A stretch of DNA of 64,000 nucleotides, taken from a virus. Its lineage: Duplodnaviria > Caudoviricetes. This document shows, piece after piece, positions 18,481 to 27,613 of this stretch (within the stretch, counting starts at the first letter, position 1; each line of letters begins with the position of its first letter). The stretch lies in the IMG/VR virus record IMGVR_UViG_3300025831_000006, positions 6,331-70,330 of that record, one strand, 5' to 3'. The translations under genes and the position numbers were made by a program. The notes beneath the pieces were generated by a model that saw only the letters and a program-made list of their open reading frames with translations, was not told the origin of the DNA and ran no database searches.

Positions 18481-18678
18481 TTACTCACTGAAGGCAGGTT
18501 TGGGGAAACTGAGCAGCTCATCCAGCGCATCACTGATGATGGCTAGGAACTCACTGTTGGATGCTCGGTCAACGATGTCTTGCGCATAAAGCCGGCAATC
18601 GGGTGCAAGACCATGCTTGTTACAAGCAGATTCGTTGGCATGAAGGGCAAGGCTTTCGAGGGTTGGTTTAAATGACAT
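18481..18678 (-). CDS. Early hypothetical protein
   Basis: 65 aa; GGAG SD upstream. Confidence 0.65.
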   Translation of the reverse strand: MSFKPTLESLALHANESACNKHGLAPDCRLYAQDIVDRASNSEFLAIISDALDELLSFPKPAFSE

Positions 18679-18693
18679 GAGATAACTCCTGGA

Positions 18694-18825
18694 TTAGGTT
18701 TTAGATTGAGCAATTGAGAGTGCAAGACGTAATGCTGCAATCTCGGTGTTACGTGCTACAAGTTCGGTAGCAAGCAGAAGGCGGGTGTTAGTTTTAACAG
18801 CTAACAAGGCAAGGACCTTAGACAT
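18694..18825 (-). CDS. Early small protein (43 aa)
   Basis: MSKVLALLAVK...; coupled to the upstream peptide ORF. Confidence 0.5.
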   Translation of the reverse strand: MSKVLALLAVKTNTRLLLATELVARNTEIAALRLALSIAQSKT

Positions 18826-18907
18826 AGCCAAGGGTGAGGCAATAGCAGACCAACGCCACAACCAGATAGGCAGTGGTATTGAGATAGAGAGCAGTTTCAC
18901 GAGACAT
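18818..18907 (-). CDS. 29-aa membrane peptide, not in ORF track
   Basis: MSRETALYLNTTAYLVVALVCYCLTLGYV; GGAG SD; just downstream of a promoter hairpin. Confidence 0.55.
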   Translation of the reverse strand: MSRETALYLNTTAYLVVALVCYCLTLGYV

Positions 18908-18947
18908 AGAAGTACTCCAAAGTTGTTGAATAGATTAATTCCACAAC

Positions 18948-18962
18948 ATGGGCGGAGCCCAT
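18948..18962 (-). promoter_or_regulatory. vRNAP-type early promoter hairpin
   Basis: Template (+) strand ATGGGC-GGA-GCCCAT. Confidence 0.8.
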
Positions 18963-19260
18963 AACAAAGTACTCTGTATATAGGCTGTATATCGGATTGA
19001 TATAAGTGATTAAAAGGCGATGATTAAGATAGGGTAAAACATAGTGGAACTATGTAATACCACTCAACTAACTACTATCTCTATAACCCTATAAAGTTTT
19101 ATATAAATACAGTAGACAACATTAGAACTATATGTATAATCAACACCATTGGTGTTTAATACAATAAGATAATAGGATCCTAATAGTCTACTGTCTATGT
19201 AGATACACAACGTAGTACACTATGACTACTGTCTTTACTTGTGTAAATGTGTAATGACCT

Positions 19261-19282
19261 AAGCTACCCCGAAGGGTAGCTT
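19261..19282 (-). terminator. Stable cUUCGg hairpin after the first early gene (terminator or stabiliser)
   Basis: AAGCTACCC-TTCG-GGGTAGCTT on the minus strand; no clear U tract. Confidence 0.55.
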
Positions 19283-19285
19283 GGT

Positions 19286-19492
19286 TTACTTAGCAGCAGT
19301 TAAGTCTTTCTTAGCCAATACCATGGCCTTAGCCCGGGTATTACGTGCTTCATCCACGAAGGATGCGCTTGTCTCTTCACCCCACTCTGCGAGGTTGTTG
19401 ATTGAATTGGCAATACGTTCAAAGGACTTGAACAGAACTTCCAGTGCTAACCAGGCTTGCGCCAACATCTTGAACATGATATATATCTCCAA
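19286..19492 (-). CDS. First early gene (hypothetical)
   Basis: GGAGA SD; preceded by a promoter hairpin. Confidence 0.7.
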   Translation of the reverse strand: MEIYIMFKMLAQAWLALEVLFKSFERIANSINNLAEWGEETSASFVDEARNTRAKAMVLAKKDLTAAK

Positions 19493-19520
19493 AGGTTAAG
19501 GGCAGTACTACCCAATTCAT

Positions 19521-19531
19521 CAGCGGAGCTG
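19521..19531 (-). promoter_or_regulatory. vRNAP-type early promoter hairpin (outermost)
   Basis: Template (+) strand CAGC-GGA-GCTG. Confidence 0.65.
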
Positions 19532-19701
19532 GGTATGGGGGGGGGGTATCTTTGTGTATAGGCCTACGGCCTATAAGCCCTGAACCCATCCTCCTTTATA
19601 AAATTTCTACAAAATGTGATCCCTCATAATTTTTATTGAAATTCCCCTATTCCTAATTGATGTACTATAGGCACCCGATACCTTAACTCAATTAATTACC
19701 A

Positions 19702-20409
19702 ATGACTGCTCTGACGCTTGAACAATTCCAATTGGCCTTACCCGATAAGGTGAAGAAATCAGTGAACCAGGAGTTGATTGATTCAGTGAATAACACACTG
19801 GCTGATCCCGAGATGTTTGAGGCCTACCGGGACAATCTGTTGAGTTACACCAGAGTCATGGCTGATGGTCGGTTCAAGGTGTCGGGCTATGTAGATGCAG
19901 TGCGGTATGTGAGTCACAAGCTCATGGGATGCACCAACATTGAGGCCTACACTAAAACCTTCCCAGACAAGTACACCAGGTTTGTGGCTCAGGGTGTGCA
20001 GGCCAAGGACATCGCTAGTTACGTCACGGCGTACAACAAGAGCAAATTGGTAAATCTGATCTTTGAGCAGACGCTGATTCCAAGTTACGTACTAAACCAG
20101 GATATGTACCAGAAGGCTCTTAATGTTCAGGCTGAACTAATGGTGTCGGCACATAGTGAGAAAGTACGGACTGATGCGGCTAACTCGTTGTTAACGCATT
20201 TGAAAATGCCCGAGGTCGCAAAGGTGGAACTGGACATTGGGATGAAAGAGGACAGCTCAATTGCTGCACTAAGGGCGGCGACTTTGGAGTTGGCCCGGCA
20301 CCAGCGGTTATCAATGGAGTCTGGCCAGACCACGGCACAGGAGGTGGCCCACGCCAAGTTGACGATCGATGTCGATGCACGGGAAGTGGCAATATGCAAG
20401 GCAACCTAA
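19702..20409 (+). CDS. Putative terminase small subunit
   Basis: N4-like conserved protein (YVDAVRYVSHKLMG..YNKSKLV); first late gene, upstream of terL. Confidence 0.7.
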   Translation: MTALTLEQFQLALPDKVKKSVNQELIDSVNNTLADPEMFEAYRDNLLSYTRVMADGRFKVSGYVDAVRYVSHKLMGCTNIEAYTKTFPDKYTRFVAQGVQAKDIASYVTAYNKSKLVNLIFEQTLIPSYVLNQDMYQKALNVQAELMVSAHSEKVRTDAANSLLTHLKMPEVAKVELDIGMKEDSSIAALRAATLELARHQRLSMESGQTTAQEVAHAKLTIDVDAREVAICKAT

Positions 20410-20567
20410 TTTACCTGGTTTTAATGGCAGTTATCTCCCTGGTTCCAGGCCTGCTTCTTGGTGCCCTAGTGTCATTAATTGACGGTGACCTTGGGATAAT
20501 TACCACTGGTGTTGTATTCGGCTGGCAATTCATTGAATTGATCTCCAAAAGGAAAAGTAATTGGTGA
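20394..20567 (+). CDS. 57-aa two-TM membrane protein, not in ORF track
   Basis: MQGNLIYLVLMAVISLVPGLLLGALVSLIDGDLGIITTGVVFGWQFIELISKRKSNW. Confidence 0.55.
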   Translation: MQGNLIYLVLMAVISLVPGLLLGALVSLIDGDLGIITTGVVFGWQFIELISKRKSNW

Positions 20568-20619
20568 GCTAATTCAATTACACTAGACCAATTCATTTGG
20601 TTCAAAAGGGTAATTAATT

Positions 20620-21384
20620 ATGGCTAATAACCTATTTGAGGATGCCCTAGCAGCCGAAGGGGTAACAGGTCGCTTGGCCGATGTGGCTCGCAGTATCTAC
20701 CGGCAGGAAAGTGGTAGTGGCAAGAACACCAAAACTTCCAATGCTGGAGCCACTGGTGGGATGCAGATCCTGCCTGGTACCTTTGCTGGTGTGGCTGATC
20801 CCGGTTGGAATATCAAAGACCCGATGCATAACGCCAGGGCTGGCATCCGATACCTAAGTGAGATGAGCAAGATTGCAGGTGGTGACCCGGCCCTGACTGC
20901 AGCCGGTTACTATGGTGGCCCGGTTGGCTTGGAGAAAGCCAGACGCGGGATTGCTGTATCTGACCCCCGTAACCCGAATGCTCCAACAACGCTGCAGTAT
21001 GGTGCTCAGGTTGCAGCTCGCGTACCCAAGGCTAGCGCCGCACCTACCGTGGCTGCGGCTACCCCTGTGGTTGTAGCTCAAGCTGCACCGGTCCCTGCCA
21101 CAACCGTACAAGCCGTGGCACCTGTTGCTCCTCTAGTTCAGGCGCAAGCGCCTACGGAGCCATTGCCCCAAGCGGTGGCACAGCCTGATGCGTACCAGAC
21201 CTTCCTGGACAACTACCGTGCAGCGCAGGCTCCGGTACAACCGGCTGACCTAGCTTATGATGAACCCAAAGTGTACGCCCCACCTGAAGTACAGCGCCCT
21301 GACTTCATGGCCGCTTTGGGAATGCTGGGTCAAAACACCAACCCGTCCTTTCGTCCTTTCGGTTCCTGGAAAACTAGAGTCTGA
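20620..21384 (+). CDS. Lytic transglycosylase (SLT) domain protein with Ala/Pro-rich linker
   Basis: IYRQESG (catalytic Glu), GGMQI, NARAGIRYL, AAGYYGG. Confidence 0.85.
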   Translation: MANNLFEDALAAEGVTGRLADVARSIYRQESGSGKNTKTSNAGATGGMQILPGTFAGVADPGWNIKDPMHNARAGIRYLSEMSKIAGGDPALTAAGYYGGPVGLEKARRGIAVSDPRNPNAPTTLQYGAQVAARVPKASAAPTVAAATPVVVAQAAPVPATTVQAVAPVAPLVQAQAPTEPLPQAVAQPDAYQTFLDNYRAAQAPVQPADLAYDEPKVYAPPEVQRPDFMAALGMLGQNTNPSFRPFGSWKTRV

Positions 21385-22994
21385 TGGCTGATCTCATCGA
21401 GAAAGCACTTGCTCCCTGGAAGGTTGAGGACTATCTTAACCAGACAAATTACTTGGCTGATCCCAAGTATGTCCCGAGTGAGTTCGCCCTGGAGTTTGTC
21501 ACTTTCATTAAGTTGGTGAGTGGTGCGCAGGGTGAGGAGCACAAAACACCACTGGTTCATTATCGGATGCTGGATACCATAACCGATGGCGGCCGACGTG
21601 TGGTCAACCTATGTCATCGTGGCATTGCCAAGACTACTGTGATGGGTGAATACCTGTTCTTGTACATTGCAGTCTACGGTGAGATTCCTGGCTTTGGCAA
21701 GATTAATCTGGCGCTGTACGTCTCCGACTCGATCGAGAACGGCGTCAAGAACATGCGCAAGAACTTGGAGTTTCGCAGGGATAATTCCGACTTCCTGAAG
21801 GAATACATCCCTGAGATTCGATTCACGGATATCCGTTGGGAATTCAAGAATGCAGATGGCAAGGTGTTCATCGTCAAAGGATATGGTGCCAAGACCGGCG
21901 TCCGGGGTGCCAAGGAAATGGGCATCCGTCCTCAGCTAGCAGTGCTTGATGACTTGATCAGTGATGAGGATGCCCGGTCGGTGACGGTCATCTCGGCTGT
22001 GGAAGACACGGTTTACAAAGCAGTAACCTATGCCCTGCACCCAACCAAGAACATGATTATCTGGTCGGGTACTCCCTTCAACGCAAAGGATCCACTGTAC
22101 AAGGCAGTGGAATCCGGTGCCTGGAAAGTCAATGTGTTCCCTGTTTGCGAGCAATTTCCATGCCTAGAGGAAGATTTCCGCAGCAGCTGGCCCGATCGAT
22201 TCACCTTCACCTATGTGAAGACCCAGTATGACGAGGCAATCAAGTTGGGCATGGTGCAGACCTTTAACCAAGAGTTAATGCTACGGATTATGAGCGAAGA
22301 AGACCGCATGATCCAAGATGGTGACATTGGTTGGTATAAGGTGGATGCGGTACTTCGTAACAAAAGTCGGTTCAACTTCTACATTACTACGGACTTTGCC
22401 ACCAGTGAAAAACAAAAGGCAGACTTCTCAGTGATCAGTGTCTGGGCTTACAACAATGTAGGTGACTGGCTCTGGATCGATGGTGTCTGCAAACGCCAGC
22501 TCATGGACAAGAATGTTGATGACCTATTTCGACTGGCTCAGACCTACAAACCGCAGTCAGTGGGGATCGAGGTCAGTGGCCAGCAAGGTGGCTTTATTAC
22601 CTGGGTTCAGGGACAAATGCTAGAACGCAACATTTTTTTCCCGTTGGCTAGTCAGGATAATGGCAGTGAGCCAGGTATTCGGCCTAACACCAACAAGCTG
22701 GTTCGATTCAATACCGTAGTGCCCTTGTTTAAGGCACGCAAGATATTTTTCCCGATCGAGCGCAAGACCGAGGCACCAATGGCTGAGGCCGTCAATGAAT
22801 TGAGTCTAGCTTCGGTGTCTGGTTTCAGGAGTAAACACGATGACTTCATTGACACGATTTCAATGTTGTCGTCATTGACCCCGTGGAAGCCTTCGGAAGA
22901 AGCACCGCTGGTGGCCAGTAGTAAGAGTGATGGTATGTGGGATGTTGACGTGGATGACACGGTGACCGATCGCATGGCTTCGTACATTGTTTAA
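21384..22994 (+). CDS. terL: Terminase large subunit
   Basis: HRGIAKT Walker A, LAVLDDL Walker B, TTDFA and HDDFIDT nuclease motifs. Confidence 0.95.
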   Translation: MADLIEKALAPWKVEDYLNQTNYLADPKYVPSEFALEFVTFIKLVSGAQGEEHKTPLVHYRMLDTITDGGRRVVNLCHRGIAKTTVMGEYLFLYIAVYGEIPGFGKINLALYVSDSIENGVKNMRKNLEFRRDNSDFLKEYIPEIRFTDIRWEFKNADGKVFIVKGYGAKTGVRGAKEMGIRPQLAVLDDLISDEDARSVTVISAVEDTVYKAVTYALHPTKNMIIWSGTPFNAKDPLYKAVESGAWKVNVFPVCEQFPCLEEDFRSSWPDRFTFTYVKTQYDEAIKLGMVQTFNQELMLRIMSEEDRMIQDGDIGWYKVDAVLRNKSRFNFYITTDFATSEKQKADFSVISVWAYNNVGDWLWIDGVCKRQLMDKNVDDLFRLAQTYKPQSVGIEVSGQQGGFITWVQGQMLERNIFFPLASQDNGSEPGIRPNTNKLVRFNTVVPLFKARKIFFPIERKTEAPMAEAVNELSLASVSGFRSKHDDFIDTISMLSSLTPWKPSEEAPLVASSKSDGMWDVDVDDTVTDRMASYIV

Positions 22995-23003
22995 GGAATA
23001 CCC

Positions 23004-23753
23004 ATGAACCTCCAAGAAATCTTCGATCAGTTGACCTATGGTGAACTCTCCCAACTGAGTATGGGGGGTGGTGAACCCGGTGTCATTGACGTAACCAACT
23101 ATCCACGGGTCTTGGCACACGTCAACCTGGGGCTGACTGCGTTGTACAAACGCTTTCCTCTAAAGGAGGGCCGACTGTCCCTGCAATTGACGGCAGGGTT
23201 GCTGACCTACAACATCAACAACAAGTTCGCTCTAAGTAATGAGGGCTCTGTCGAGCCTGTAAAATACCTACTCGATACGGTGACTTCCCCTTTTGCCAAT
23301 GATGTGCTTAAGATTGAGCGAGTCCTGACAGACGATGGCGCCGAGCTGCCCATCAATGATCTCTCGAACGTGTATTCGGTATTCACCCCAACTGCGACTG
23401 CACTATGCGTTCCTGCTGATATCGTAGCTCAGGTCTTTGAATTACCTGATTGGCTTAAAACGGATAAGCTAGAGCTGGTGTATCGGGCTAATCACCCGAA
23501 GATCACCATCGGGCTGACAGCATTTGACCCTACAGCTACGGAATTAGAGTTGCCCGACAGTCATCTGGAACCCTTGCTGTTGTTTGTGGCTAGCCGGGCC
23601 ATGACACCTATGGGTGCGGGCCAGTTCGAGGGCTTGGCTGGCAACAATTACTTCGCTAAGTATGAACAAGCCTGTCAGCATATCGAGTTAATGAACCTGC
23701 GTGTAGATCAAGGCAGCCAAAACACGCGTCTTAGAAATAGTGGCTGGGCTTAA
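23004..23753 (+). CDS. Virion structural/adaptor protein (N4 gp67-like)
   Basis: MNLQEIFDQLTYGELSQL..LTALYKRFPL; synteny. Confidence 0.75.
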   Translation: MNLQEIFDQLTYGELSQLSMGGGEPGVIDVTNYPRVLAHVNLGLTALYKRFPLKEGRLSLQLTAGLLTYNINNKFALSNEGSVEPVKYLLDTVTSPFANDVLKIERVLTDDGAELPINDLSNVYSVFTPTATALCVPADIVAQVFELPDWLKTDKLELVYRANHPKITIGLTAFDPTATELELPDSHLEPLLLFVASRAMTPMGAGQFEGLAGNNYFAKYEQACQHIELMNLRVDQGSQNTRLRNSGWA

Positions 23754-23844
23754 CACCAATTATGAATTGGTGGCTAATTACTGTAATTGTATTAATTCCA
23801 AATTAATTTTTAGAATTGTTTAATTATCGAAGACAATAGCCCCT

Positions 23845-26028
23845 ATGATTGAAAATACCAAAGCCACTGCCGACAGTTCTCAATTAGAAGCTAAGCCGCT
23901 TACCAATTGGGCTAAACCGCCAACAATACTGGAATTGAAACAGGATTTGACAGATGCCAAACCCATTCATGATGCTCAGGTCACGCAAATCAATACATGG
24001 TTGGACAACCTGAATATTACTGGTAAGGCCAAGATTAAAACGGCTGAGAGCAATTCCAGTATTGTTCCGAAGTTAATTCGGAAACAGGCGGAGTGGCGTT
24101 ATGCCGCATTAAGTGAACCATTCCTAAGTACAGATGATGTGTTTAATGTAAATCCTGTGACTTGGGAAGACCGGGGTGCAGCCAAACAAAACCAGTTGCT
24201 GCTCAATCACCAGTTCAATAACGTCATCGACAAGGTTCGCTTCATTGATGAGTACGTTCGTGCTGCGGTTGACGAGGGCACGGTGGTAGTTAAAGTTGGT
24301 TGGGACTTTGAAGATGAAGAGTACACCGCCAACTTTCCTGATGTGGAATTCCAGGTCAACCCAGCACTGGCACCACTACACCAACATCTGGCTGATCTAA
24401 AGGCCAACTCTCCCAGTCAGTATGATACCGATGTGCCGGATGAACTGAAGGAAGCCCATGATTTGACAGAATCAAATGGGCAACCTATTGAACCGGTGAT
24501 CAAGGGGCAAAAAGAAGAAAAGCGTAGGCGTATTGTCAAAAATGTCCCAACTCTTGAGGTTTGCGACGCGCGCAATGTGGTGTTTGATCCCACTTGCATG
24601 GGCGACTACGCCAAGGCTGGTTTTGCTATTGAGAGTTTTGAGTCTTGTCTGGCCACCCTGCGAAAGGATAGTAAGTACAAGAACCTGGACAGCATCAACA
24701 TCGGTGCCAACTCCATCCTGGGTACTCCAGACCACAACTCCTCACAAGGTACTCAGACCTTCAACTTCAGCGATGAGCCCCGCAAGAAGTTTGTGGTGTA
24801 CCAGTACTGGGGCTTTCGTGATGTAGATGGTTCTGGCAAGGTTAAGCCAATCGTCGCTGCCTGGGTGGGAGACACTATTATTCGCATGGAAGATAACCCA
24901 TTCCCAGACAAAGCCATTCCCTTTGTTGTTGAGCAGTACCTACCGGTACGTCGTAACAACTATGGTGAGCCTGATGGTGCTCTGTTAGAGGATAACCAGA
25001 AGGTTATTGGTGCTGTAACTCGCGGCATGATTGACATCATGGGTAAGTCCGCTAATGGTCAGACTGGCCTGCGCAAAGACATGTTGGATGTAACCAATAA
25101 ACGCAAGTTCGACAAAGGTCAGGACTATGAATACAACCCCAATGTAGACCCACGCCAGGGTGTGTACATGCACACCTATCCGGAGATTCCCAACTCAGCC
25201 CAGTTCATGCTGCAGCTACAGAACATGGAGGCAGAATCCCTCACGGGTGTGAAGTCTTGGAGCCAAGGCGTTTCGGGTGCCAATTTGGGTGACGTTGCAG
25301 TCGGTGTGCGTGGTGCCCTAGATGCTGCATCCAAGCGGGAACTTGGTATTTTGCGGCGGCTGTCTAGTGGTGTCATTAAGATTGGTCGCAAGCTCATTAG
25401 CATGAATGCTGTATTCCTCTCTGATCAAGAGGTGGTTCGGGTAACCAACGACGAGTTTGTCAAGATTCGCAAGGATGATCTTTCAGGTAGCTTTGATCTA
25501 AAGCTGTCCATCTCCACGGCTGAGGAAGATGATAACAAGGCCCAACAACTAGCATTCCTATTACAGACTGTTGGCCCCAACGCTGACCCCGAAATGGTCA
25601 AAATGATCCTAGCTGACATAGCTCGCTTGCGCAAGATGCCTGATATGGCCAAAAAGATTGAGGCCTACCAGCCGCAACCTGACCCGGTGGCTCAGAAGAT
25701 GCAGGAACTTACTGTTGCCAAGCTTGAGGCGGAAATCGCAGAGATCCAAGCCAAAACCCAGAAGACTTTAGCTGATGCTGGTTTGGCTGGTTCCAAGATA
25801 GGCACTGAGCAAGTCAAGCAAGGTCACCTGAAGTCCATCACAGACCTGGCTGACCTAGATTTTGTTGAACAAGAGTCAGGTGTGAAACAAGAGCGAGGTC
25901 TGCAAATGGCTGGGGAACAAGCTAGAGGCAATATGCAATTGAAGGCAATGGACCAACAAATGGCACGAGAAAATAATCAACATTCTTTATTAAAAGACTA
26001 TTTGAATAGCAAAGCAGCTAAAACCTGA
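23845..26028 (+). CDS. Portal protein
   Basis: N4 gp59-like: IVPKLIRKQAEWRYAALSEPFL, YGEPDGALL. Confidence 0.92.
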   Translation: MIENTKATADSSQLEAKPLTNWAKPPTILELKQDLTDAKPIHDAQVTQINTWLDNLNITGKAKIKTAESNSSIVPKLIRKQAEWRYAALSEPFLSTDDVFNVNPVTWEDRGAAKQNQLLLNHQFNNVIDKVRFIDEYVRAAVDEGTVVVKVGWDFEDEEYTANFPDVEFQVNPALAPLHQHLADLKANSPSQYDTDVPDELKEAHDLTESNGQPIEPVIKGQKEEKRRRIVKNVPTLEVCDARNVVFDPTCMGDYAKAGFAIESFESCLATLRKDSKYKNLDSINIGANSILGTPDHNSSQGTQTFNFSDEPRKKFVVYQYWGFRDVDGSGKVKPIVAAWVGDTIIRMEDNPFPDKAIPFVVEQYLPVRRNNYGEPDGALLEDNQKVIGAVTRGMIDIMGKSANGQTGLRKDMLDVTNKRKFDKGQDYEYNPNVDPRQGVYMHTYPEIPNSAQFMLQLQNMEAESLTGVKSWSQGVSGANLGDVAVGVRGALDAASKRELGILRRLSSGVIKIGRKLISMNAVFLSDQEVVRVTNDEFVKIRKDDLSGSFDLKLSISTAEEDDNKAQQLAFLLQTVGPNADPEMVKMILADIARLRKMPDMAKKIEAYQPQPDPVAQKMQELTVAKLEAEIAEIQAKTQKTLADAGLAGSKIGTEQVKQGHLKSITDLADLDFVEQESGVKQERGLQMAGEQARGNMQLKAMDQQMARENNQHSLLKDYLNSKAAKT

Positions 26029-26095
26029 TATATTCGGGGCAATCAATTAAATCAATTGAATTAATCTATTAACTCTGGGAAGCACTGGTAGAACA

Positions 26096-26443
26096 ATGAG
26101 CAATGAAACAATTCAGTCAATTGAACGAAATATTAAGCAAGCGAAGGAGGCAATTGAGTTTGGTAATGCCTTAACTCGACTACGCGGTAATAAGGACTTC
26201 AAAACAGTGATTTTGACTGGCTACTTCGAAAAAGAAGCAGTCCGGTTGGTTCACTTGAAAGCTGATCCGAATATGCAATCAATGGATATGCAACGAGCAA
26301 TCATGGCATCAATAGATGCTATTGGTGCATTGACTCAGTATTTCACAACTGTTGCTTTTAAAGCGTCTCTAGCAGCTAAGTCGGCAGTTTCCGACCAAGA
26401 AGCTCTTGAAGAACTCTCTGTTGAGGAACTGAACAATGGCTGA
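26096..26443 (+). CDS. Conserved virion-module protein (N4 gp58-like)
   Basis: Synteny; RLVHLKADPNMQ. Confidence 0.75.
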   Translation: MSNETIQSIERNIKQAKEAIEFGNALTRLRGNKDFKTVILTGYFEKEAVRLVHLKADPNMQSMDMQRAIMASIDAIGALTQYFTTVAFKASLAAKSAVSDQEALEELSVEELNNG

Positions 26444-27587
26444 TCCAGTCGCAAAACCAGAAGACCAGGTTTCATATCTGGATATGTCCGACGAGGACAT
26501 GCTGAATGCTGTTCCTCCCAGTGGGGTACCGGCTGTTGAAGCTGTAGCAGCACCTGCTGAACAGGATGTAGTAGCTGCACCCGCCCAAGAAGAGGAAGGT
26601 TCCGCAGCTGTCGACGAAAACGCCGGTACGGCGTCAGAGGAAGACGGCAAGGAACCGGTTGAAAAGTTAAGTCAGGTAGACAAAGCATCCGTAATTGAAA
26701 AACTCACCCCTGAGGGTGATGAAAAGACCCCAGTTGAGCAGGAAAACCCTGTTGCCGTGGACTTTGAGGCGGAATATAAGCGGCTATTGACCCCATTTAG
26801 GGCCAATGGTCGGGAAATTACGGTTACTTCTGTGGATGATGCCATCTCGCTGATGCAGATGGGTGCCAATTACAACAAGAAGATGGCTGCTTTGAAGCCG
26901 AATTTAAAACTCATGAAGCTGTTGGAAAACAACGGCCTCTTAAGTGAAGAGAAGATTAGCTGGTTGATCGATCTGGACAAGAAAAGCCCGGACGCAATCA
27001 ACAAGCTAGTGCAAGACAGTGGTCTAAATCCAATGGATTTTGACGCTGAGAAAGCGGGCGAATACAAACCGAAAATTCACACGGTTGACGAGCGCGAGAT
27101 GGAACTGGATACGGTGCTGGACGACCTCCAAAGCACACCAACGTACAACCGGACCCTCGCCATTGTCAGCAAGGAGTGGGACGGTGCAAGCAAACAGGTG
27201 ATCGCTGGTTCACCTCAGCTGTTGAAGGTCATCAACTCCCATGTTGAAAGTGGGATTTACGACCTGATCAGTAAAGAGGTTGAGCGCGAGCGCGTGTTTG
27301 GTCGCTTGAATGGTCTGTCAGACATCGAAGCCTACCGGCAAGTCGGTGACGCACTCCAGGCGCGAGGTGGTTTTAACCACTTGGGTAGCTCCCAGGGGAA
27401 AAACGCCACAGTGCCAGTGATTGTGCAACCGAAACCGAAGAAGGTCGAAGACGACACACTGAATGAAAAAAGGCGAGCTGCAAGCTCCTCCAAGCCTGTT
27501 GCCCCGAGTACCGTAGACAAGGATTTCAACCCCTTGGCTTTATCGGACGCGGAGTTTAACAAGCTCTCTGCTGACAAGTTCCGGTAA
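26436..27587 (+). CDS. Scaffold-like protein (N4 gp57-like)
   Basis: Acidic N-terminus; PFRANG..LMQMGANYNKKMAALKP; upstream of the major capsid gene. Confidence 0.8.
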   Translation: MADPVAKPEDQVSYLDMSDEDMLNAVPPSGVPAVEAVAAPAEQDVVAAPAQEEEGSAAVDENAGTASEEDGKEPVEKLSQVDKASVIEKLTPEGDEKTPVEQENPVAVDFEAEYKRLLTPFRANGREITVTSVDDAISLMQMGANYNKKMAALKPNLKLMKLLENNGLLSEEKISWLIDLDKKSPDAINKLVQDSGLNPMDFDAEKAGEYKPKIHTVDEREMELDTVLDDLQSTPTYNRTLAIVSKEWDGASKQVIAGSPQLLKVINSHVESGIYDLISKEVERERVFGRLNGLSDIEAYRQVGDALQARGGFNHLGSSQGKNATVPVIVQPKPKKVEDDTLNEKRRAASSSKPVAPSTVDKDFNPLALSDAEFNKLSADKFR

Positions 27588-27613
27588 TCCGGGACAAACC
27601 TAAAGGAATAATC

